A stretch of DNA of 56,762 nt, the filler included, from Dugesia japonica (lineage: Eukaryota): assembly GCA_001938525.1 (NCBI GenBank). It is 6 parts of 6 records of this genome, joined end to end, with 100 filler letters (N's around TTAATTAATTAA, not from the genome) between each part and the next. Parts side by side here need not be neighbours in the genome. Positions count along the whole stretch, not along the records: positions 1 to 10,656 come from MQRL01360226.1; positions 10,757 to 19,785 come from MQRL01320873.1; 4 more parts are not named here. One strand, given 5' to 3'. Below are positions 1 to 11,153 of this stretch, in pieces (position 1 is the first letter of the stretch; each line of letters begins with the position of its first letter). A program made the position numbers and the translations under genes. The notes beneath the pieces are model-generated. The model was not told the origin of the DNA, searched no databases, and was given only the letters and a program-made list of their open reading frames with translations.

Positions 1-2373
1 TTTTTCATTATTATTATTGGTTATCATTATTGATTATTATTATTGATTATTATTGCTTATTTATTATTATTGATTATTATTAGTATTATTATTGATTTTT
101 TTTTTCATATGTTGATTATTATTATGATTACCATATTTTTTAGTAATCAGATTTTATTAAGTAAAAAGTTATTTTTAAATAAAAGTATTAGCAAAAGATA
201 TTTGGTAAGTTGAAAGTTGTAAATTCTTTTAAGGTCAAGCAGGAATGTAGTTGATAAGGTTCAAATTTAAGTACATAAACAACATAATGTAAGATATGAA
301 CCATTATTCTCTATTGTTGGAATTCATTCTCAATAACGAAACCATGTAATAATGCATAAGTGATAGTCAATAGGTTGATTTTCCTTACAATGTAATTAAT
401 AATTAGGTATTTTAAAGAAAAAAAAACCAAGTAGCAAGCAAAGATTAAAACAAATAATGAAGGATTTTATGCAAAAGGATATCTATATTTCATGAGATTC
501 AAATATTATTTTCATGTTGAAACCTATATTGAACTGAAATTGTAATGGACTTAATTCTTTATCCAAAAAAATAAACCATGAGTTATTATTATCATTTTAA
601 CCTTAATACATAAATATAAAGAAAATAAAGAGAAATCCAGCAAAATAAGCGGAAATGGAGCAAAACAGACCAAATTAGTGTAAATGGGACAAAATTGGGG
701 AAACTGTGTAAATTCTAACCAGTTATTCATTAACCTTTCAAATCAATTAATTTATTCATTTAAATATTTTATTTAATTAATTAGTTTAATCTTCACTGAA
801 CTTTTTATTCAATCAAAGCAAAATTTTAAATTCAATACATTAAGAAATTATACTACACGAATGAAAATTGTAATATCTTAATAAAAAACAAAAAATTGTC
901 CTATTTTGATTAATTACAATTATCCTTATTTATTTTAGTATTTACTAAATGTGAAACCATAAATTGTAAAGGTTTTTTCCTCTTTATAATTAAATNNNNN
1001 NNNNNNNNNNNNNNNNNNNNNNNNNNNNNNNNNNNNNNNAAGCATCTATTTACGAGAAAGCTTAAATTTTCACTTCTTATTTATTTATTTTAATTAACTA
1101 ATTAATTAATTTTTTAGAAATTATAAAACCCATTTCGGAAAGTAAATTTAAAAATCTAAAGAAACTGTCACAAAATTAGAATCCAGAAAGATATTGGAGC
1201 AAAGTCTATGATTGTTTTGTATTAGATATTAAATCTATATTCAAAGTTTATAACAATAATATAGAAAAAAGAATTTGGTTATGCTAAAAACACAAGTTTG
1301 TAATCCTCAATCAAATAATTTGATATTTCATTGAAATTCAAGAGGAAATGATAAGATCTGAATAAATATTAGTCATCACATAAATACAAGAGAAATAGAG
1401 GAAAAATACGGTATAATATATGAAAATTGGGNAAAATGCACCAAAATAGTAAATGGGGTAAAAACCGGGCAAAACAGTATAAATATAGTAAAATGGTTAA
1501 AAGAGTGAGCTTAAGAGATAAATATTAAAACTTTTATCTAATAAAGTATTATATAATCAATTAAAAACTATAAAAATAAAGTGTATAATGAGACTCTTTG
1601 AACGATTATTAAACAAAAGAATTACTTTTCCACAAAACAAAAACTATAAACATCGCTATTTGCTTATTCAAACAAATTAAAATTCTATGCTTAGTTGGAA
1701 ATTTTAATCTTTTAATTTATTAAAATTTAAAATAAAATTCTCATTTTATCATTTAAACTTTTTAGTATTATCGAAAATTTTAAAATTCTTTTGGCCTGAG
1801 AAAATATCAAAAAGCTTTTACGAATGAATTTTTCTGCAGTCCTCTGTCTTTATTGTATCTTTTGGCATAGTTGAACTTACTTTCAATTGTCAAATTAATG
1901 ATGTCAAATTTTCAGCTCTTGTAATTCTTGGTTTAGGTTATTTTATTATTTTATTATTTCTTTAAAGTTTGATCGCTCCACTTCGGTACGTAATGCTTAG
2001 TCACAAAATCATCTATGAGAATGACTTCTCGTCATTTTTAAACAATTTGTGAGTATTACTATAATTAACTCTGATTTGGATTTGTAAATTTTTGACATTT
2101 TATTTTAATTTGATCCCTTTGTGTGTTTTTTTGCAACTTTTTCATAGTACCCATTTATTCACACTTGAAGTTTTAAAAAAATTGTTTTTACATTTATATG
2201 TACATTATAATAATACTAAATTCTGTTAGATATGTTAAGCATTCATTTAAGCTTAAATTTGAATTTATTACCTTTTTCAAATTTTATGTTATTGTCGGGT
2301 TTCTACGATTTTGATGTTTTAATTAGCTTTCACCTTATAATTTAATTCACATTTATTTTTTCCTTTTCATCAA

Positions 2374-2469
2374 TCTAGGGACATACCTACAAACTANNNN
2401 NNNNNNNNNNNNNNNNGTGATATGCTCCTCATTTCTCGGGTTTAGCACGACTTTGCGATATCGCGTCTT
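2374..2469 (+). ncRNA. Conserved structured motif of the coiled-coil cassette family, copy B (partly N-masked)
   Basis: TCTAGGGACATACCTA...ATGCTCCT...GTTTAG-CACGA-CTTTGCGATA-TCGCGTCTT aligns with 9961-10058 (-), 34596-34702 (-) and 39408-39508 (+). Strand is chosen by analogy with the G-U wobble pattern of the other copies. Confidence 0.5.
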
Positions 2470-2599
2470 ACTCTCTGATGTTATGAACCACATTAACGAT
2501 TTCGCTCAGAAATTATTCTCCACAAACATTAATTAAATCACAAACACGGTCATATTTTGTCAATAAATAAAATCACGATATTTGATAAAACAATAAGCT

Positions 2600-3330
2600 A
2601 GGAGTCAATATATTGCAGATGAATTAAAATAAAGTTGACGATTATTTTGGTTTTGGCCTTAAACTTTTGGTTTCCCGCTCCAGGATAGCAGCTGTAAACC
2701 ACTATTTTTCCTCGTTTCTTAATTGTGCGGAGCTCTCATAAGACTTCCCTATCAATCCATTTCAAATATGACGTTTTATAATAAAGGAATCAATTTATAA
2801 TTTTACGACACTCCAATAGTTTTCATTCTGGCATTAAGCATTTTAAGCATTAAAATTTTCAATCTTCTACTCGATCTCATTTTCTCAGCATTAACCTTCT
2901 TTGCTCTCACTTTAGCAGTATTTACGTTTTGCGCTCTTGTTTAGCTTCGTTAATTTTCTTGATCTCATTCAGGAGTCTTAACTTTTCCTACTCATTTTTA
3001 ACAATAAGAATTCTGACCAACCTTATTTTAGCAACGTTAAGTATGCTCAACTCATTGGTGCAACATTAATTTTTCTCTCATTTTCGTTTGGAGTTAACAC
3101 ATTAATTTTCTCTTGTTTTCATTTGGATTTCAGCAATAATTTTCTTTGCCTTTATCAACAATAATTTTCTCTCTGCGTTTCACATAATTACTTTCATAAC
3201 AATTTTACCAATTTTTAATCTCGATTTTCATAATTACATTTAGAAAAACTTTACCAATTTCTCTTTCTTATTCGCATAATTATTTTCATAACAATTTTGC
3301 CAATTTCTGTTTTAATCACTAATATGAACA
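2600..3330 (-). pseudogene. Decayed Lys/Glu-rich coiled-coil-like ORF beside cassette motif copy B
   Basis: Minus strand gives broken K/E/I/N-rich stretches (REKINV repeats, EKLRLLNEIKKINEAKQERK) built from degenerate ATTAATTTTCTCT repeats. It sits in the same position relative to the motif as the coiled-coil ORFs of other copies. Confidence 0.3.
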
Positions 3331-4479
3331 CGATCCTGGCTTCGGTGTCACTCGGATTATATATATAAATAAAAATCGTTAAAATTGGTATTGAAAATTA
3401 ATGGTAGTTTATTGTCTCTCAACCGGCTTTTATTATTCTCGTTATTGATGAAATCGACCAATCATTATCCTCTCATTGGCTAGTTCTTCTTGTGGCCTTT
3501 ATTGATGCATATGTACGCTACTGTTAGCACACCATTCATACACAGCATGTATCGTTTTGCTGTTCATTCACGGCTTCTCGGATGTTCTTGATTAACAGCC
3601 AATTTAGATTTTCCAAAATCGTGTCNNNNNNNNNNNNNNNNNNNNNNNNNNNNNNNNNNNNNNNNNNNNNNNNNNNNNNNNNNNNNNNNNNNNNNNNNNN
3701 NNNNNNNNNNNNNTAATTAAATGATAATAATAATATTAAACGCTATTTAGAATTATTTATAATATGAAATAGAGTCGTAGAGACTCTTTTAATATAATAT
3801 TATAATATTTTATATTACTTTTGTTATCAGTAACATCATTTCTTTCGCATATTTTAAAAAAATTTTCTTCTTTCAAATTAGGGATCCTCTACGCCTTCGT
3901 TTTCTTCCGAATTCATAAAATAATTTCATAACAATTATACTCATAATAATATAATACTAATGAAAACAATAATACTAATAGTAATTAATCTTTCTGGTCT
4001 AACACAGTTTATTTTCTCTAATTCGCTCTGAAATCTTTTCGTCGTTTGCCGGCTCTCGTGTTCTAGTCTAACATTTTTCTTTATAAAATTATAATTTTAT
4101 TTACATTTTATGGTTTGACCCTTATTAATACTACATTCTAATATTATACTTTTTAATTGATCCATGAACATCTTTATTTATAATACATAATATTTTATAT
4201 ATAACCAATATTTTACTTAATTAGCTCTTTGCCATAATATGAAATATTTAATTTATTTTTAGACAATTTCCTTATTGTTTACTCCATGTACACTAAATCA
4301 ATCAATAACTAATTACATAAAACAAATGTCAGAATAATGAAAATAATAATTATTACATACGGAATTTAATAAAATAAAAAATCAGTAATATATAAAATTA
4401 AGTTGAAAATTAAGTCTTTGTGTACATAATTTTAAGGATTTTCTATGGTTTTATTAGTGTTTTATGGTTAGAATTGTCT

Positions 4480-6100
4480 ACGTTCTTATAGAATTATACA
4501 GAATATTTTAGGGTTAATGTAAAACTTTACATTCAGTCATATAAGTTTCTAAACCAATACATAAAAACTATAATCCATCACATTAAAGTTGAATTTAATC
4601 ACACAAAATTTCTGAGTTAACTCATGAAAATTTATAAAATCAACAATTAAAGATATAATCCATCACACAAAATATTTACTCGACTCATGAAAACTAAAAC
4701 TAAACACAAAACTTTCATAGAAGACATAAAAATGTTTCAAAAACTATATAGAAGTAATCGATAACTTCCAAAATTCTCAAAACATTACATAGACGTCAAT
4801 AAAAACTTTACAAAGATATACTAAAAGTCAATTGAAGTCTTCAAAGATTACATAGAAGTCGTTAAAATTATCATTCATCACACTAAAATTTCATTCCATC
4901 ATATAAAAATACAATTCGTCAAACAAAAATTACTTTTTCATCATATGAAATTATAACTCATTGACTAAAATTAGACAGAAGTCATTAATAAGTTTAATAA
5001 ATTACAAAGAAGTCAATAAAATGTTTATGTCAACACAAAAATGCTAACCAACTATATAAATTAATAACCCATCGCATTGAACCTTTTAAATCAATACTTT
5101 AAATAATCCAGGCATTAAAATTACATTTTATTATACAAATTCTTTGACAACTCATAAAACTTATACATCAACACATCATTTCTAGTTTGTCACATAAAAT
5201 TTCTTAGTCAACACATAAAAGTAATAACCCAAAAGTTAAACTTATAATCTGTCACATTGAAATTTTTAAGTCAACGCTTCAAAATTTTAATCCCTCTCAT
5301 AAACATCTAATTCAACGCATAAAAGTTAACACTCAACAAATAAATTTTCTAAGATAACACATAAAAGTTATAATCCATCACACGAAAAATAGAGTTAATC
5401 ACAATGACATTTCTAAGTCATCGCTTTAAAACTATAATCCGTACACTAAAATTATATTCCGTTACATAAAATATATAAGCCAAAACATCAAAGTATAATA
5501 CATTTCACAAAAGTCTAATTTTAACCCATATAAATTAACGCTCAACAAGTAAAACTCAAAGTTTTACGCATAAAATTTATTAGTCAACACATAAAAATTA
5601 TAATCCATCACACTAAAATTACACTCTATCTCACCAAATTTCATTCAATCACAGTATAGTTCTAAGTAGTCACATAAAATGTTTAATCCAATACATAAAA
5701 ATTATAATTATTTGTGCTAAAGTTATACAGAAGTCATAAATTATTTAAAAATACATTTAAGTCAATAAAAAATTTCTATTAAAACGTTTTATAAATTACA
5801 CAGAAGTATTCAACAATTTTCAAAGATTACATAGAAGATAATAAAATCTCTAAGTCATCAGATAAAATTTTAAACCAACTAGTTAAACTTATAATCCATC
5901 ACACTAAAATATAGTTCATCACATTAAATTTCTAAGTCAACATGTAAAATATAATATTCATTATTGAAAATAAACACTTCAACATGTAAAATAATCACTT
6001 TGTCATAGAAAATTATAGTTTTATCACAAAACATAGACACTTCATCATAGAATATACATGTATCATCATGTTATATACNCGAGTCATCATAAACATTTAG
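4480..6100. repeat. Degenerate ~21-22 bp minisatellite array
   Basis: Recurring units ATAATCCATCACACTAAAAT, (TCTA)AGTCAACACATAAAA and TACATAGAAGTCAATAAA throughout the interval. Confidence 0.8.
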
Positions 6101-6179
6101 AGACAATTACAAAAAAAAGTATAGAACTCGTCATTGAAAATACAACTTTCACCATAAACCCTAAATTCATAAGATTTTA

Positions 6180-6440
6180 AGAGAAGAATCTGTCAATTTA
6201 AAATTTAATAAGAATCAAATTTTATCACCTTAAAATTTATTAGAATCAAAATTTAACAATTTAAAATTATTACAAATTAAAATTTATCAGTTTGAAATTA
6301 ATACAAATCAAAATTAAACAGTTTATAATTATCAAATTTAAAGTTCATAAGTTTTAAATTCTTAAGTTTAAAATTTATCGGCTTATAATGAATAGAATTT
6401 TAAATTTTTAATCTCAGATTATAGTTTTTTAAATTTATCA
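6180..6440. repeat. Degenerate ~21 bp AT-rich tandem repeat (TTAAAATTTATCA-type units)
   Basis: Repeated AAAATTTA...AGAATCAAAATTT units. Confidence 0.55.
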
Positions 6441-7400
6441 ACTTATTAATTACTTTTATTTTATAATTAATTCTTGTTTAATCATATTAATTAAAATATA
6501 GTTGATAATTATTATTTAACATTTGTTTTATATTTCAATTTTAAATATGACGAACACTTATTATTTAAAATTAAAAGTTAAAAGTAAGATTTATTTTATT
6601 TGTTGTTGTTAATTAACATTTGTATTTAGACATTTTGAACCATTATAATATGCAGAAGAGTTTTAATATGTTAAATAAACAGAGGAATTTATTAAAATTA
6701 TATTAATTTTATTATGTCAAATGAAAATTATAATTTAAAATCAAGTATCAATTTATTTCACAAATTAATTTATAAGTCACTCATTTGTAAAGTTTAGATT
6801 TTTGATTTAAATTAATGTTTTAATTAAATAATAATACAAATAATATATTGATTTCATTAATTATATTAAGACAGAATAATTTTACTTAAACATATAAATA
6901 TTAACAATGATTGTCATCAGATGAGCAGTTAATATTAATGAGCCAAGAATCATCGAATGTCGATAGAATGAGCCATTGAACATCTAATATTATAAAATTT
7001 GAAACAACTTTTTGTATGATCCATTGAACATCTATTAGTATGAAACCTGAGCAACTAATGTTAATATTGCCAGGGGAATATTTAATACTGATATTGCATT
7101 GGGAATATTTAATTTTAATATTGATCAGGGAATATTTAATATTAATGTTAATATTTCCCGGCTCTGCTAATGTTAAGGTTACTCTGAAAAAATAAACTTT
7201 TATAAAAAAGAAGAAAAAATCATTAATTTGACTTAATTTAAACAAAATTAAACAATTTCATTTCAATTAAACAAAATACCACTAAAATTATTTAATTAAA
7301 ACAACAAATAAATAATTCCATTTAATTTAAACAAATAATAAATAATTTGACCTCATTTAAACAAGAAATCAAGAAAATACATTGACTAAAACAAACGTAC

Positions 7401-7490
7401 GGATTACACAATCGTTGCGCAATCATGATGTGATCATTATGTAACTATGATATAATCGTTACATAACCATGGAAGTGTTGCGTAATCAAA
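7401..7490. promoter_or_regulatory. 11-bp-phased array of C/EBP/PAR-bZIP-like sites followed by a CCAAT box
   Basis: TTACACAA 7404, TTGCGCAA 7415, TGATGTGA 7426, TTATGTAA 7437, TGATATAA 7448, TTACATAA 7459, TTGCGTAA 7478; GACCAATCA near 7504. Confidence 0.45.
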
Positions 7491-8741
7491 TCACAAAAAT
7501 TTCGACCAATCAAAACGTTTAAAACCGGGCACAGTTGACCTTTAAAAAACTTGGGGACTTACTGTGCCCATGCTGAACTATCTATTTACTTAGTTTAATT
7601 GAAATATAATCCGCAGTATTACTTACTGCCACAAAAATTTATTTATGTCGGTGGTGACTAAGGTTTTTAACTCACCAAAATAATTTCCACAGAACAAGAA
7701 ATATTTTTGGATCTACAATATTAATATAAATTTATGGGAACAGTTACTACTCTACTTTTTATCTAGGAGCGAGAATTAATATCAAAATAATCAGACTGAA
7801 CCACAGATTTATCAAATTATATAAAAGAAAATGCACTAGATTATTAATTACTTTAAAAAGGAGTACTTGCAGTCTCTAATCTGGCCTAAAACTACCTATA
7901 CATCACCCAAAGTATTTGCATCGAAAAATGCTTCAACTCACCACAAAATTTATGTCAGTATGACCCCATCCTACACCCCTGATGACGACTGATTTGGATG
8001 AAAATTTATTGTTAGATGTAAAATTAAACAGTAAAATAGGAATGTCTCATAAACCTATTTCCTAAAATTTATCCTTCCCTGTTAAAATGTAATGTTATAA
8101 TTGTCGAAAATTCAGTGTCCGCAAGACGGTAGAGTTATATGGGAGCTCGGTGAATAAAATAAATTCTATATATGATTTCTGCTACTTTATATGGTCTGAT
8201 TTTTATAAATTATTTTTTTTTTTCGTGGTTACAAGTTATAAATATAAATTCTTTTTTAAGTAATTATCTTTATTTAATTTCATCTAGATAAAACTTCATA
8301 TTCTTATAAGGTGTAAAGTATCAAATATTGTTGATCATATCTATTTTTCATTAATTTTTCTTGAATGATCAACCAGCGTTATAATTGAGATTTTCTGAAT
8401 TGGCACCTAATCATTAATGATTAAAGACGAAATTTTTTCGTGGTTTTATAATTCAATAATCGGATCTTTAGTTGTTCTAATAAAACGAATAATTTAAGTA
8501 TAGTCGATTAATAGTAGGGACATCTTCTGAGAATTCCGGAAGATGGTGAACGAGCAAAGATGGTGGTATCCAGCTGACATCTTTTCTAGTTCACCCTCTA
8601 GGAATAAGGACGAAAAACAGATAGGCTGCAGGCCGAAGAAAAATCTGTGGTTTATGCTTAGTTTATTTTAATTTGTTAATTGAAAATACATGTATTATTA
8701 GTGGTGGAAAATCAAAAAATTGTTAATTTTTTTAACAGAAA

Positions 8742-9173
8742 ATGACCACGTTTTTCAAGGCACATATTCACTTGGTGCTCTCCAATGGCGGCGATGAAAG
8801 TACGTTTTGGATCCCCTGGCGAAATGCAGTTGAGCTGCTGAACGATCAAAAAGCCGCTTACGAGAAGGAGAAAAGGGAGATGCAAGTGGGTCAGCAGGAG
8901 TTAATAAAACGCCACATCGAGTTACGGTGGCAATGGAAAATAATTAATGCGGAGAAGGAGAAGTTTGAGATGAAATTGACACAGCGAGAGTCGAAAATAC
9001 AGGAAATTGCCAACGAATTCTCAACGGCAACTCAGCATCTAATGGAGCATCGATTCGTTATGGAGAAGATCGAAGTGAAGATCCTGGAGCAGCTGATGGA
9101 CAACTCGGGAGCTGTGACCGATGTCCAAGATCCTGTGATTGTAAAAACAGAGTCATTAAGCAACGTCCAATAA
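8742..9173 (+). CDS. Cassette ORF-A, coiled-coil protein (copy A)
   Basis: 143 aa, GC-enriched against the flanks, heptad E/K/Q-rich. Preceded by the TTTTAACAG acceptor, with AATAAA overlapping the stop. C-terminus EKIEVKILEQLM..VIVKTE resembles NKIEVVLQQIL..YIITE at 33686-33883. Confidence 0.7.
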   Translation: MTTFFKAHIHLVLSNGGDESTFWIPWRNAVELLNDQKAAYEKEKREMQVGQQELIKRHIELRWQWKIINAEKEKFEMKLTQRESKIQEIANEFSTATQHLMEHRFVMEKIEVKILEQLMDNSGAVTDVQDPVIVKTESLSNVQ

Positions 9174-9477
9174 ATGTTTCAATATGTACCAGAGTTTTTG
9201 TTATTGATTTAATTATTTAATGTGATATGTATGTCATATTGAGAGTAAAGCATATTTCTGTTGACCACAGAAGCAGTCATAAATTTAATGCGTTTGATTG
9301 ATCATTGTTTTTATTCGGTGTAATAGCACAAAATTGGGACCAATGTTTAATTCAATGCCTATTAAATAATTCTAGGTCTCGGACAATCAAATCAACTCAT
9401 AATATTTATTGTCTTTAATTATTTATATTCATGTAGTCGGTTGAAGATATTGCAATTGATTTTCGTCTTATTATTTA

Positions 9478-9798
9478 GTGAACAAATTCCTTGATAAGAA
9501 ATTATTAAAACGAGATGTAGTTGCAGCGCAGCAAAGGTGGAAGGAGGAGAGGCGCGATTTGCGTAACGAAATCCTACAGTTCAAGGGCCACTTAAATCGA
9601 TCATCATCGAAATATGCTCAATTAAAAGAAAAAGAGTTGGCATTACAACATGCCAACCGCCTTATGGCCGACATCATCAAGATTTTTGCAGATCGCGAGG
9701 CGACGATGTTCCTCACTTTGCGGATGTTGTGGTTAAATTACCGGTCCCCTAAGGAATCGACCGAAGCCATGGAGCAGACCGTGGATCTTGACGCCTAA
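9478..9798 (+). CDS. Cassette ORF-B, coiled-coil protein (copy A; probable terminal exon)
   Basis: KELALQHANRLMADIIKIFADRE motif shared with 34151, 39642 and 54281. The called GTG start is a TTTAG|TG acceptor; AATAAA near 9825. Confidence 0.75.
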   Translation: MNKFLDKKLLKRDVVAAQQRWKEERRDLRNEILQFKGHLNRSSSKYAQLKEKELALQHANRLMADIIKIFADREATMFLTLRMLWLNYRSPKESTEAMEQTVDLDA

Positions 9799-9960
9799 TC
9801 ACAAATGAGGCCATGTTTATAGCCAAATAAATGTTAATGTTTGTGTCTAGAGTATCTTGATTTTCGTTAAAAGTTTAGTTGTGGAAGTAAAATTATTGTA
9901 ATAACCTTTTACTGAGCATAAAAAGAATAATTGCTGTCCGGGCTCACAGATTTAATGAGC

Positions 9961-10058
9961 AAGACGCGATACCGCAAAGTCGCGCTGAACACGTGGAAAA
10001 AGGGGCATGTCACTGAGGTTACATAAATACTTGTGGTTTTTAGGTATGCCCCTAGACA
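9961..10058 (-). ncRNA. Conserved structured motif of the cassette, copy A
   Basis: Minus strand has outer stem AGGGGCAT/ATGCCCCT and hairpin GCGCGA-CTTTGCGGTA-TCGCGT, homologous to three other copies with covariation. Confidence 0.55.
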
Positions 10059-10700
10059 TGTAAAAGAATATGTGATTAATAAAAGCGAGATCAGTGAATT
10101 CGAAAAGAAATTTTAAATCATCAAATCCTAAAAACCCAACATTTGTATTTTTCCATTTCCAATGCTTTTTTACATCCCAATATTTAAAGAATATTATTGT
10201 ATGTTTTCCACTTTTGTCAACAAATTGAGATGTTTTACCGATAGGAAACTTCATTTTGGCTGTTACATCTTGCGACACTTTACCTTTGTAATTAGTATTA
10301 ACTAACATTTTTTAATGATTTTTAATAAATGAGAGTGTATATATATACATATTTTTCAGAAATAAAATTAATTGATTCATTTAAACAAAAAAAAAGTATT
10401 ATAAACAATGCATTAAATTAAATCTATATAAGATGGAGTTGAGAAATGATGATGAGTTTATCAAATTGTTGGTCCAAGCGGTAGCGGAAAAAAACATTGT
10501 TTGTATGTAAGTTACTAAGATCACATTTATTTAAATAAAAATTAAACAAAATATATTGGCACATAGGTGCAGATAAAGAGCATGGGGTGACACAATCTAA
10601 ACTTTGCAACATGAATATGAGATTTATAAATGGATTTGATAAAAATTGAAGCAAGANNNNNNNNNNNNNNNNNNNNNNNNNNNNNNNNNNNNNNNNNNNN

Positions 10701-10712
10701 TTAATTAATTAA
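10701..10712. other. Artificial contig-joining linker TTAATTAATTAA
   Basis: Six-frame-stop 12-mer centred in an N run; the same linker occurs at 19830, 28444, 38197 and 47091. Confidence 0.95.
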
Positions 10713-10783
10713 NNNNNNNNNNNNNNNNNNNNNNNNNNNNNNNNNNNNNNNNNNNNATTGGACCACCCACCCCCCAGGCCACA

Positions 10784-10976
10784 AAAAATATGAAATGTAG
10801 ATGGTAATTTGTGAGATGTCCAAAACCGCACATTTACGCTATAAACTGTAATAAAAAAGATGAAATATCAGAGTTTTAGAAAATCTGTAAAAATCGTAAA
10901 AATATGAAATGTAAGCTGTAATTTGTGAGATGTCCAAAACCGCACATTTACGCTATAAACTGTAATAAAAAAGATG
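10784..10976. repeat. Two 79-bp direct repeats (10784-10862, 10898-10976) in the Polinton subterminal region
   Basis: AAAAATATGAAATGTA....GTAATTTGTGAGATGTCCAAAACCGCACATTTACGCTATAAACTGTAATAAAAAAGATG occurs twice, period 114. Confidence 0.9.
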
Positions 10977-11073
10977 TTTAGTTGTAGTTGGGTAAATTTG
11001 TAAAAATAGTATATACAAAATAAAGTATGTACTAGGGGTTAAAATATATATACGATTTTGCTTGGAATATTAT

Positions 11074-11150
11074 AGTTTTAAGTTTTAAGTTTTAAGTTTT
11101 AAGTTTTAAGTTTTAAGTTTTAAGTTTTAAGTTTTAAGTTTTAAGTTTTA
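11074..11150. repeat. Perfect heptamer tandem repeat (AGTTTTA)11
   Basis: Read directly; lies a few bases past the inferred true pPolB stop. Confidence 0.95.
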
Positions 11151-11153
11151 AAT

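Noticed and set aside
4480-6100. CRISPR-like array
   Set aside because: Units are degenerate and contiguous without unique spacers; no cas genes; eukaryotic context.
6901-7245. 114-aa minus ORF
   Set aside because: Derived from short tandem repeats (NINIKYS units) with a TTG start; no coding signal.
9952-10308. 118-aa minus-strand ORF overlapping the structured motif
   Set aside because: Only its last ~33 codons have homologs, and those copies carry stops and indels at different positions while stems are preserved, which fits structure better than coding. Not fully excluded, since several changes are also synonymous.
11074-11150. True telomere
   Set aside because: Internal, only 11 units, and not a known metazoan telomeric repeat.
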